Assembly: GCA_035528115.1 (NCBI GenBank)
Contig: DATKZF010000003.1
Location: forward strand, 423,089-487,088
Length of the DNA stretch: 64,000 bases
Direction of reading: 5' to 3'
Source: Candidatus Bipolaricaulota bacterium
Lineage (GTDB): Bacteria > Patescibacteriota > Patescibacteriia > UBA11705 > DATKZF01
Shown here: positions 55,770-64,000 of the stretch, piece after piece
How the letters are laid out: each line of letters begins with the position of its first letter
Numbering within the stretch: the stretch's first letter is position 1
The notes under the pieces: model-generated
What the model was told of the DNA's origin: nothing
Database searches by the model: none
What the model saw: the letters and a program-made list of their open reading frames with translations, nothing else
Position numbers and translations under genes: made by a program

Positions 55770-58631
55770 ATGACAGGAAATTTTAAAATAGAAATCAGAC
55801 ATTTAGTTAAAAATTTTAAAGAGCAAGATGGTCAGAGACGGTCTGAAGAAGATATCCAAACCAGCTTTACTATTAAATTAATGGAGGTTCTCGGCTGGGA
55901 CAGCTCTCATTGGGCAATAAATACCGGTCAGGACGTAAAAACAGGCAAAAAGCCTGATATTGTTTTAAAATCAGGATCTTCAAAATTGATAGTTATCGAA
56001 TCAAAAGATGCCAAGAAAAAAGATATGCTTGACGGCTCATACGGCAACAAAACTTTTAAGCAGCAACTATTTAATTATTGCAAAGCGGAAGGGGTGGCCT
56101 GGGGTATTTTGACTAATTTTATTGAATGGCGATTGTACAGTGTTCATCATAGTCGATTATACAAAGAGAAGAAATATGCTTTTTACGATTTGTTATGGCC
56201 TAACGCAGATAAGAGCAGTTACGTGGATTTATTGTCCGATGAGGGGATGCAATTTCTAAATTTAATTTCAAAAGAAAATTTAATTAAAAAGAATGGAATT
56301 ATTGATCCTGATCCGATATATTATCCTGAACAGCTAGATATAGAGCAAGAAAAAATAAAAAAAGAATTTTTCAGCAAGATAAAAAATTGGCGCGAGAATT
56401 TACGAAAATTTATAAATAAAAATTATTCTAAATATACCCTTGAGGAAGTTGATTTAATGGCGCAGAAGATATTAGATCGAATGATTTTTATTGATATTTG
56501 TCATGATAAGGGCATTGTTTATGAAAATCATCTTCGTGCAATATTATCTTCAAAATTGCCCAAGTACGAAGAGTTGAAGGAGAAATTTAAGGTAATGAAC
56601 GAGAAGTTCAACACTGAGCTTTTTGCTCAAAATACTATTGATGAAATTAAAATTAGCAACGATGTAATAATCCCTATTATAGAAGAATTAGACGAAATCG
56701 ATTTTAGCAAACTTAGTGTTCACATTATTGGGGAAGTATATGAAAATTATCTGGGAGAGATAGCCAAGGGGAACGTGAAGAAAGAAGATGTAATGAAGGC
56801 AAAACAAAAAAATAAACGAAAATCGCAAGGTATATACTATACTCCTGATTACATTGTTGATTATATTGTCAAAAAGACAGTGGGTGAATTGTTGAAAAAA
56901 GCTAAAACAAAAGAGGATATAGAGAAAATTAGAGTTTTGGACCCTGCTTGCGGTTCGGGTTCGTTTTTAATTCGTGCTTTTGATGAGTTTTTTGAGGCAT
57001 ACAAGAGAGTAATGAAGGAAGGTGGGCTTTTAGGTTTTGAAATAAAGAAAAAAATATTGCAAAACAACCTTTTCGGCGTTGATTTAGATCCCAAAGCTGT
57101 GGAAATCGCCAAGCTAAACCTAATGATTAAGGCGCTTGAAGGCGCGACGCCAAACGAATTAAGAGGCGATCATTTGCTACCTAACTTGAATCTAAATATT
57201 CGTTGTGGCAATTCCTTGATTGGAGGGGAGAAGTTAAAAGAAAAGGAAAATAATTTGAATCTGTTTGACAAGTTTGACGATGAAATAAAAAAATTAATTG
57301 ATTTTAAGGAGCGGTTTCGTAAATCCATCTCTAATGATGAAAAAAAAGAAATTCTGAACGAAATTAATATATTTGAGGGATACATTAATAAAGAAGTAAA
57401 TGATAGCCTGTATAAATATTTCAAGAATTTGAATAGAATTAGGCCATTCAATTACACAATCGCTTTTTGTGAAATATTCAAAGACGGTGGATTTGATGCG
57501 GTGATTGGAAATCCGCCATATATTAGACCACATAGAATTGACACAAGTATAAAAGGATATTTATGGGAAAATTATTATTCATTCAAGGCAAAATCCGATA
57601 TCTACGTATGTTTCATTGAAAATGCAATACAACTCACGAAAAAAGGCGGACTAATTTCATATATAGTTTCAAACACATGGCTATCATTAGAGAGTTTCGA
57701 AAATCTACGAACTTTCATCCTAAACAATACAAAAATAAAAATGTTGATTAACCCTCCAGCAAAGGTTTTTAGTGGAGCGCAAGTGTCGACGATTGTTTTT
57801 GTTTTTGAAAAAGATGAATCTAAGGGAAATAAAATAATTGTAGGGGGATTATCTCAAAACGCATTCAAACTCGAGGGTGCAATAAAACAAACGCTGTTCA
57901 ATAAAACACACAAAAAAGTTTTCGATTTATCTTTACTAGATAAACAGGTTTTTTCAATAAAGGTTGCAACGACCCCGTTAAAAAAAGTCGCGAAATTTTA
58001 CTATGGAATAAAAACCGGAGATGATGAGAAATTTTTGACTTTCAAACCCAAAGATAAAAATAATTATAAACAACTTTTAAGAAGAAGTGATTTTAATCGA
58101 TATCTAATAGATTACAAAGGTGAGTATGTTTGGTACGCACCAGAATTAATGAAAGAAAATAAAGCCACCGCTCGGCCAGGAGAACCAAAAAGATTCGATG
58201 AAACAAAAATTATTATAACTGACATTGCAAAAAAAATAATTGCGACATTGGATTTACGACATTATTATATTAAAGATGCCTTAATCCTTCATCAAATAAA
58301 AAATGGTTATGATTTAAGGTATTTATTAGGTGTTATAAATTCAAAATTATTAAATTTTATCTACACCAAGACATTTAGAAATTTGAGCGTAGCTAAAAAC
58401 GCTTTTATGCAATTGCCAATTAAGATAATAGAGATTAGTGAAGAAAAAGCTTTGTATAACACAATTGTTCGCTTGGTAGACCAATTGCTTAAATTAAATA
58501 AGACTACAGAATCCCGCGAAATAAACAAAACAAAAATCCAGGCGCTGGATTATGAAATTGATAAGATGGTGTATAAGCTTTATGGGTTGGGGGAGTCTGA
58601 GATAAAAACAATTGAACAAGCTGTAAAATAA
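55770..58631 (+). CDS. Type IIG restriction-modification enzyme (MmeI/Eco57I-like: N-terminal PD-ExK nuclease, gamma-class N6-adenine methyltransferase, C-terminal TRD)
   Basis: 953 aa; nuclease motif KPDIVL...IVIESKD; MTase motif I VLDPACGSGSFLI and motif IV IGNPPYI. Confidence 0.8.
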   Translation: MTGNFKIEIRHLVKNFKEQDGQRRSEEDIQTSFTIKLMEVLGWDSSHWAINTGQDVKTGKKPDIVLKSGSSKLIVIESKDAKKKDMLDGSYGNKTFKQQLFNYCKAEGVAWGILTNFIEWRLYSVHHSRLYKEKKYAFYDLLWPNADKSSYVDLLSDEGMQFLNLISKENLIKKNGIIDPDPIYYPEQLDIEQEKIKKEFFSKIKNWRENLRKFINKNYSKYTLEEVDLMAQKILDRMIFIDICHDKGIVYENHLRAILSSKLPKYEELKEKFKVMNEKFNTELFAQNTIDEIKISNDVIIPIIEELDEIDFSKLSVHIIGEVYENYLGEIAKGNVKKEDVMKAKQKNKRKSQGIYYTPDYIVDYIVKKTVGELLKKAKTKEDIEKIRVLDPACGSGSFLIRAFDEFFEAYKRVMKEGGLLGFEIKKKILQNNLFGVDLDPKAVEIAKLNLMIKALEGATPNELRGDHLLPNLNLNIRCGNSLIGGEKLKEKENNLNLFDKFDDEIKKLIDFKERFRKSISNDEKKEILNEINIFEGYINKEVNDSLYKYFKNLNRIRPFNYTIAFCEIFKDGGFDAVIGNPPYIRPHRIDTSIKGYLWENYYSFKAKSDIYVCFIENAIQLTKKGGLISYIVSNTWLSLESFENLRTFILNNTKIKMLINPPAKVFSGAQVSTIVFVFEKDESKGNKIIVGGLSQNAFKLEGAIKQTLFNKTHKKVFDLSLLDKQVFSIKVATTPLKKVAKFYYGIKTGDDEKFLTFKPKDKNNYKQLLRRSDFNRYLIDYKGEYVWYAPELMKENKATARPGEPKRFDETKIIITDIAKKIIATLDLRHYYIKDALILHQIKNGYDLRYLLGVINSKLLNFIYTKTFRNLSVAKNAFMQLPIKIIEISEEKALYNTIVRLVDQLLKLNKTTESREINKTKIQALDYEIDKMVYKLYGLGESEIKTIEQAVK

Positions 58632-58634
58632 TTT

Positions 58635-59369
58635 ATGAAATGTAAATTATGTGGGGAAGAGAAAGTATTAGTTAATGCACATATCATACCAAAAGTTTTC
58701 TATAATTACATCTATAAAAATACCAATGACCATTCTTTAGCGCTTGCATCAAGTAAAAACAATGTTCGGAAAAAGAGGGTCCCAAAAGGCATATATGATA
58801 AAAAGATCCTTTGTAAAGAATGTGATAATAGCTTGGGGGTTTATGATGATTATGCAAGCCGATTATTGTTGTGTGAATTTGATCCCGGAAATTTTATAGC
58901 TGACGGACAGGGCTATAAAATTGATAAGTATGCTTTTGATAAATTATCATTCTTTTTTTTATCTGTTCTGTGGCGTGCATCAATCACTACTCACGAATTA
59001 TTTAGACGAGTTTCCCTCGGGCCATACGAAACTAAAATAAAGGATATCTTAACAATGGAAAACGTTGATAAACTAAATGAATTTAATATTTTAATTTTAC
59101 GATATCTTGATTTCGCGGGTCAAAATTCCATTTTAGAACCATTCTTGACAAGAATAGATAAAATCAGATTTAATGTAATTTTTTTGGGTGGAGGATATAA
59201 ATTTTTTTTACGAGTAGATAAACAAAGATTGCCTGCACAAAACAAATTGAATATTTTGTTCATGAGACAAGATAAACCATTATTAATTTTAGTTGAAAAA
59301 GATATAAAAAAATGCAGCGATTTCCATGTGTTGAAGGCAATAACGTGGAACAATCTGCAAAAAAAGTAG
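58635..59369 (+). CDS. Hypothetical protein with N-terminal HNH-like zinc-finger motif, immediately downstream of the RM gene
   Basis: CKLCGEEKVLVNAHIIPK...N...CKECDN resembles CxxC...HIIP...N...CxxC of HNH nucleases; remaining about 170 aa unassigned. Starts 4 nt after the RM gene stop. Confidence 0.35.
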   Translation: MKCKLCGEEKVLVNAHIIPKVFYNYIYKNTNDHSLALASSKNNVRKKRVPKGIYDKKILCKECDNSLGVYDDYASRLLLCEFDPGNFIADGQGYKIDKYAFDKLSFFFLSVLWRASITTHELFRRVSLGPYETKIKDILTMENVDKLNEFNILILRYLDFAGQNSILEPFLTRIDKIRFNVIFLGGGYKFFLRVDKQRLPAQNKLNILFMRQDKPLLILVEKDIKKCSDFHVLKAITWNNLQKK

Positions 59370-59441
59370 CAATAGTAAAGTAACTATGTAATCAAGGCAT
59401 TATGATGCTAATATCTTCGCTATAAATAACAAAATAATAAT

Positions 59442-60113
59442 ATGGAAAAACAAATTTTACAATATGAGGACGACTTGAAAAGACATTTTCAAGAACAACT
59501 AAATTTTTTGGAAAAATCGGCCACTGAATTTGATAATGGCGATGAATCAGAAGCAAAGCGAATGGCAACACATCTACGTACATTACTTCATAATACTGTA
59601 AAATCTACATCGCTTTTGCAGCATTTGAATTTATTACATACAAAATTTTTTGATTCCTCATTCAATTATGATCCTGGAATTACTTCTTTTTGCAGTTTAA
59701 TTGTTATTGATGTTACTAATTTAAAATACCAACCATTTTTAGATGACTCCTCTGAGAGTAATAAGAATATATCAATAGATTTTGAAAATTGGTGGAGTAA
59801 AAATCCTGTTTTTATTGATTTAAATAAAAATGAATTTACACGAAAGGATATAATTTTATTTTTAACCAACAAAGATGGGGGCGCTCATGTGGATACTATG
59901 GCAGAAGAAAAATTTGTTAAATTCTCTCGCCAAAATTCTATCGGATGGAATTTCGTTAAAAATGGAAATGAGATTAAGGTTAGGGGAGCTGACATAGCCG
60001 CCATAAGACAAATAACCCATGAGGTTTTGAAAACTTTCATCCATAATTATACAAAAACAAGGGATGTCCATGGAGTTGAATTTGCATCTATATCAATAGA
60101 GGAAGTTGAATAA
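59442..60113 (+). CDS. Hypothetical protein (AT-rich island gene)
   Basis: 223 aa; no family recognised. Confidence 0.3.
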   Translation: MEKQILQYEDDLKRHFQEQLNFLEKSATEFDNGDESEAKRMATHLRTLLHNTVKSTSLLQHLNLLHTKFFDSSFNYDPGITSFCSLIVIDVTNLKYQPFLDDSSESNKNISIDFENWWSKNPVFIDLNKNEFTRKDIILFLTNKDGGAHVDTMAEEKFVKFSRQNSIGWNFVKNGNEIKVRGADIAAIRQITHEVLKTFIHNYTKTRDVHGVEFASISIEEVE

Positions 60114-60127
60114 TAATTAAAATTGTA

Positions 60128-60343
60128 TTGATTATAAAAAAGGTAAATTTTATGAATAAGTATTATACATGTATCATTTGCGGCTCATTAGTTTTTTTTG
60201 TTGCACAACAAGTTGCATTTATGTGTGAGGAATGTTTTTTAGAAAAACATGTACATTTGCCAGAACAATATTACGCAACGAATTTTTATAACCTGCAAAC
60301 AGCTGGACTATCTGCGACGTTATCGGCAAATATTGACAGGTAA
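60128..60343 (+). CDS. Small Cys4 zinc-ribbon-like protein
   Basis: 71 aa; CIICGS...CEEC pairs. Confidence 0.25.
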   Translation: MIIKKVNFMNKYYTCIICGSLVFFVAQQVAFMCEECFLEKHVHLPEQYYATNFYNLQTAGLSATLSANIDR

Positions 60344-60375
60344 ATCATTCAAGGAGATGCACAATATTTTTGTTA

Positions 60376-60462
60376 TTTATCGCCTAAAATGGTCGGTTTG
60401 AATCCTATGTATTAGTTTGCACTAGCTAAAAAACCTCAATGTTTGCCGCCAAAAACATCCAC
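60376..60462 (+). repeat. 87-bp direct repeat, copy A (upstream of rhuM-fic)
   Basis: ttatttatcgcctaaaatggtcggtttgaatcctatgtattagtttgcactagctaaaaaacctcaatgtttgccgccaaaaacat, followed by terminator-like ccccgccccgcgcgggagattttttt (60463-60487). Confidence 0.7.
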
Positions 60463-60567
60463 CCCGCCCCGCGCGGGAGATTTTTTTAAAATGCCGGCCG
60501 CGATTATTTATTTGACACATTCCCCAAAATCACGAAAAATGGAAGTATTGGCCGGTTAAAATTATTT

Positions 60568-61557
60568 ATGAAACAAAAAAATCATTCAAAGGGCGAAATA
60601 ATGATTTATACAACCTCGAAAAACGAGGTGGAGTTGAAGGTTCATTTTAAAAATGAATCTGTTTGGCTTGGACAAAGTGAAATTGCGTTGCTGTTTGGCA
60701 GAGAACGATCGGTTATCACCAAGCATATCAATAAGATTTTTTCTGATAAAGAAGTTGATAAAGCAAGCAATGTGCAAAAAATGCACATTGCAAATTCTGA
60801 TAAACCCGTGGAATTTTACAGCCTAGATGTAATTTTAGCCGTGGGTTACCGCGCGAATTCACCCCGCGCCATCCATTTTCGCCATTGGGCCACGAAAATC
60901 TTGAAACAATATTTAATCAAGGGTTACGCCATAAACGAAAAACGTCTGCTGGAAGCTCAAAATAAATTCAAAGAACTTCAAGAAACGGTTTTATTTTTGC
61001 AAAAACATTCAAAAAAGGAATTGTTGAAAGGACAAGAAGCGGAAATTTTAAATTTACTTGCCGATTACTCAAAAACACTTTCATTGCTTGGACAATACGA
61101 TAACGGAAAACTGGCGGAAAAGAAAGGCAAAAGGACGAAATTTATTCTGCGATACAACGATTGCTCCAATATAGCGGTTAAACTTAAAGACGGACTTATC
61201 GCCAAAAAAGAGGCCGGCGACTTGTTCGGGCATGAACGGGGAGGAAGCTTTGAAGGTATTATCTCCGGGTTGTATCAGTCTTTCGCGAGAAAGGAGCTGT
61301 ATCCCGCGATTGAAGACAAAGCGTCTCATTTGCTTTACTTAATGATCAAAGACCATCCCTTTTTTGACGGCAATAAAAGAATCGCTTCGTTTTTATTTGT
61401 TTATTTTCTGGACAGGTCAAATTATCTTTTCAAAAAATCCGGCGAGCGAAAAATCAATGACAACGCGTTGACGGCGCTGGCGCTGCTTATTGCCGAAAGC
61501 GCTCCAAAAGATAAAGAGACAATGATTAAAATTATTAAAAATTTAATTGGCGAATAA
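60568..61557 (+). CDS. RhuM-like N-terminal domain fused to Fic/Doc-family domain
   Basis: N-terminal KGEIMIYTTSKNEVELKVHFKNESVWLGQSEIALLFGRERSVITKHI (RhuM virulence-protein family); C-terminal HPFFDGNKRIASFLF matches the Fic core motif HxFx(D/E)GNxR. Confidence 0.75.
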   Translation: MKQKNHSKGEIMIYTTSKNEVELKVHFKNESVWLGQSEIALLFGRERSVITKHINKIFSDKEVDKASNVQKMHIANSDKPVEFYSLDVILAVGYRANSPRAIHFRHWATKILKQYLIKGYAINEKRLLEAQNKFKELQETVLFLQKHSKKELLKGQEAEILNLLADYSKTLSLLGQYDNGKLAEKKGKRTKFILRYNDCSNIAVKLKDGLIAKKEAGDLFGHERGGSFEGIISGLYQSFARKELYPAIEDKASHLLYLMIKDHPFFDGNKRIASFLFVYFLDRSNYLFKKSGERKINDNALTALALLIAESAPKDKETMIKIIKNLIGE

Positions 61558-61579
61558 TTATATATAATATGCCTCTTTT

Positions 61580-61607
61580 CTCCCGCCTCCGCGCGGGAGT
61601 TTTTTTT
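61580..61607 (+). terminator. Rho-independent terminator after rhuM-fic
   Basis: ctcccgcctccgcgcgggagtttttttt. Confidence 0.6.
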
Positions 61608-61681
61608 GTTATTTACCGCCTAAAATGCTCGATTTGAATCCAAAGTATTAGTTTGCATTAGCTAAAAAACCTCAATACCTC
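61595..61681 (+). repeat. 87-bp direct repeat, copy B (downstream of rhuM-fic, upstream of rpoB promoter)
   Basis: ttatttaccgcctaaaatgctcgatttgaatccaaagtattagtttgcattagctaaaaaacctcaatacctcccgccaaaaacat; about 85% identical to copy A. Confidence 0.7.
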
Positions 61682-61790
61682 CCGCCAAAAACATTTGTCA
61701 AATTTTTTGTGGATAAGGTGGGAGTTGGCGATCGGAGGAGGGCGGAAATTAGTCTAAATTTAGCTAAATGCAGTGGCCTGCGCCTTGCCC

Positions 61791-61819
61791 TTGACAATAC
61801 CCGCGGGGATTGATATTAT
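61791..61819 (+). promoter_or_regulatory. Candidate rpoB promoter (TTGACA-17 bp-TATTAT)
   Basis: TTGACA 61791-61796, TATTAT 61814-61819; about 130-nt leader to the rpoB ATG. Confidence 0.45.
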
Positions 61820-61952
61820 ATGAATACGTTTAAACCCGCCTGGAGCCTTATTTTAGGCAAAAAAGTAATCTTATTATGGCGGAGAGCCACTCATATACAA
61901 CAATTAAATTTTAAATTAACAAACTCGTTCCATGGGGAAGGGGAATATTTTT

Positions 61953-64000
61953 ATGTCTAAAAAACTAAATACCATGTCAGGCCGAAAGTTCTTCACCGCT
62001 CCTTACAGGTATGAAATGCCGGATTTGATTGACATTCAGAAAAATTCTTACAACTGGTTTGTTCGAGAAGGACTCAAAGAGTTGTTCGGCGAATTGTCTC
62101 CCATCCAAGATGTTTCCGGCAAACAGCTTGAACTTTCCTTTGAAGATTATTATTTGGACGAGCCCAAGTTCGACGAGACCACCAGCAGAGATAAAAATAT
62201 CACCTATGAAGCGCCGTTGAGAGTTAAGGTCAAACTGGAAAATAAAAAGAACGGCACCAAAGAAGATCAGGAAATATTTTTGGGCGATTTTCCGATGATG
62301 ACCGATCGAGGAACTTTCGTCATCAATGGAATTGAGCGCGCCATAGTTTCGCAGATTATCAGATCATCGGGCGTGTTTTTTACTTCCAATTTTCTGCGCG
62401 AAAAAAATAAAACATTTTACGGAGCGAAAATAATTCCGAACAGAGGCGCTTGGCTGGAATTCGAGACTGACACCAATAACGTGATTTGGGTCAAGATCGA
62501 TCGAAAGAGAAAAGTGGCGGCCACGGCATTGCTTCGAGCTTTCGGCGTGGGGACCGATCAAGAGATTTTGAATTTGACCAAAGACGTCGAAACTCATCCT
62601 GATATCAATTACACCCAATCGACGATCGACAAAGACGCGTCTCGAACGATCGAAGAAGGCTTGATCGAAGTTTATAAAAGAATAAGGCCGGGCGATCTGG
62701 CCACTGCCGATAACGCCAAGTCGCTTATCTACGCCATGTTTTTCAATTTCAGCAGATATGATTTCGGCAAAGTCGGTCGATATAAATTAAATCAAAGATT
62801 CAACGAGCAATTGGAAAACATTGATGTCAATAGAATTTTGCGCATCGAAGACGTGGCTAACGTGATTAAAGAAATCATCAGATTGAATGTTACCCAGCAA
62901 GAAGCCGATGATATCGATCATTTGGGCAATCGAAGAATCAGGGCCATTGGCGAATTGATTCAAAATAAATTCAGAATAGGTTTGGCTCGCATGGAAAGAA
63001 TCGTCAAAGACAGAATGACCACCATGGATCCGACCATTATGACCCCGGCGAAATTAATCAACGCGCGGCCGGTCATCGGCGTGGTCAAGGAATTTTTCAT
63101 GTCTTCGCAATTGTCGCAATTCATGGATCAGACCAATCCCTTGTCCGAGCTGGAGCATAAGAGAAGAATCTCGGCCATGGGACCGGGCGGACTCTCTCGA
63201 GAACGCGCGGGCTTTGAAGTTCGCGACGTTCACACCACTCACTATGGCAGAATCTGTCCGATCGCCACGCCTGAAGGTCCGAACATCGGACTGGTGGGCC
63301 ATTTGGCCAGCTATGCCAAGGTTAATGAATACGGATTTATTGAAACGCCGTTTTTTAAAGTTGAACATATTATAAAGAAGGATTTGAAAGACCCGGAAAC
63401 CAAAGCCGTATTATTCAAAAAAGGACAGTCCGTGCTGGGCGCGGAATTGGAAAAAATAAGTTTGGATCCGGATGAAATTCTGGAAAAAGTGGAAAGCAGA
63501 TTAAGCGATGAAGTCATTTACTTGAACGCTTTGAAGGAAGAAAAAGCCATTACCACTTCGGCCACCATACCGGTCGATGACAAAGGCGTGTTTTTGAAAA
63601 AAAGAGCGAATGTCCGAAAATACGGACATCCGGAAGTGTCATATACTTACTTAATAGATTACGTGGACGTGGCGCCCAATCAGATCGTCAGCGTGGCCAC
63701 CTCATTGATTCCTTTCTTGGAACACGATGACGCGGTGCGCGCTTTGATGGGCACGAACATGCAACGTCAAGCGGTGCCCACGGTGGTGCCGCAGTCTCCG
63801 GTGGTTGGCACGGGAGTCGAAGAAAAAGCCGCTCGCGATTCCGGCCATTTGGCCATTGCCGAAAAAGACGGCACAGTCGTGGGTCTCGATTCATCGAAAA
63901 TAGAAGTTTTGGAAAAGGACGGCAACATCAGACTTTATCGATTGAAAAAATTCGTCTGTTCCAACGCTTCGACTTCAATCAATCAGCGCCCCATCATCAA
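61953..64000 (+). CDS. rpoB: DNA-directed RNA polymerase subunit beta, N-terminal about 680 codons (continues beyond window)
   Basis: MSKKLNTMSGRKFFTAPYRYEMPDLIDIQKNSYNWF...GDFPMMTDRGTFVINGIERAIVSQIIRSSGVFF...FFKVEHIIKKDLKDPE...LIPFLEHDDAVRALMGTNMQRQAVP; open to the window end, hence absent from the ORF track. Confidence 0.95.
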   Translation, partial: MSKKLNTMSGRKFFTAPYRYEMPDLIDIQKNSYNWFVREGLKELFGELSPIQDVSGKQLELSFEDYYLDEPKFDETTSRDKNITYEAPLRVKVKLENKKNGTKEDQEIFLGDFPMMTDRGTFVINGIERAIVSQIIRSSGVFFTSNFLREKNKTFYGAKIIPNRGAWLEFETDTNNVIWVKIDRKRKVAATALLRAFGVGTDQEILNLTKDVETHPDINYTQSTIDKDASRTIEEGLIEVYKRIRPGDLATADNAKSLIYAMFFNFSRYDFGKVGRYKLNQRFNEQLENIDVNRILRIEDVANVIKEIIRLNVTQQEADDIDHLGNRRIRAIGELIQNKFRIGLARMERIVKDRMTTMDPTIMTPAKLINARPVIGVVKEFFMSSQLSQFMDQTNPLSELEHKRRISAMGPGGLSRERAGFEVRDVHTTHYGRICPIATPEGPNIGLVGHLASYAKVNEYGFIETPFFKVEHIIKKDLKDPETKAVLFKKGQSVLGAELEKISLDPDEILEKVESRLSDEVIYLNALKEEKAITTSATIPVDDKGVFLKKRANVRKYGHPEVSYTYLIDYVDVAPNQIVSVATSLIPFLEHDDAVRALMGTNMQRQAVPTVVPQSPVVGTGVEEKAARDSGHLAIAEKDGTVVGLDSSKIEVLEKDGNIRLYRLKKFVCSNASTSINQRPII

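Overview
The window looks like an AT-rich (about 40% GC) chromosome from a small-genome bacterium, possibly of the Patescibacteria/CPR type. That placement is inferred from gene content and style and was not verified. Coding density is high and dominated by housekeeping genes. These include nfo, tig, hup, hsp20, clpP, ftsK, recA, tsaD-tsaE, pilB/gspE, ychF, groES-groEL, yidC, nusA, rpsF-ssb-rpsR, efp, msrB, tRNA-Glu, rpmF, an H+-pyrophosphatase, rny, rpsA, gyrA, nrnA-rbfA, a Mur ligase and the start of rpoB. The findings that deserve follow-up are listed below.

- **Radical-SAM locus (39.5-42.5 kb).** A degenerate formyltransferase-fold protein, a polytopic membrane protein and a radical-SAM enzyme with a Cys-rich auxiliary domain sit in a compact locus. 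Two near-identical promoters (identical 17-bp spacer) drive it, and palindromic terminator elements insulate it.
- **Insertion hotspot at the Mur-ligase 3' end (52.6-61.7 kb).** Two degenerate copies of the ligase 3' terminus bound three accreted cassettes. The cassettes include an MmeI-like type IIG restriction-modification enzyme, an HNH-like protein, unknown genes and a RhuM-Fic/Doc gene, the last flanked by 87-bp direct repeats. Together they lie between the ligase and rpoB.
- **Word-built intergenic repeats.** Most intergenic regions carry short degenerate words (TACRAGAT, TTACAAAT/TTACGAAT, GCGAATGA, CATGRA, TACAAGCTAC). They are often arranged as forward copies followed by reverse-complement copies, and a CCTGCCTGCCGGCAGGCAGG palindromic terminator element recurs alongside them. 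One copy of that element sits inside a MITE-like insert with about 30-bp flanking direct repeats.
- **Candidate RNA genes.** A GC-rich island with a promoter and terminator carries an RNase P-like P4 motif (rnpB candidate). A second candidate is an untranslated unit of about 245 nt with a promoter and terminator upstream of ftsK.
- **Copper operon.** A CsoR-family repressor, an HMA-membrane-cupredoxin protein and CopA sit behind a perfect 10-3-10 palindromic operator.
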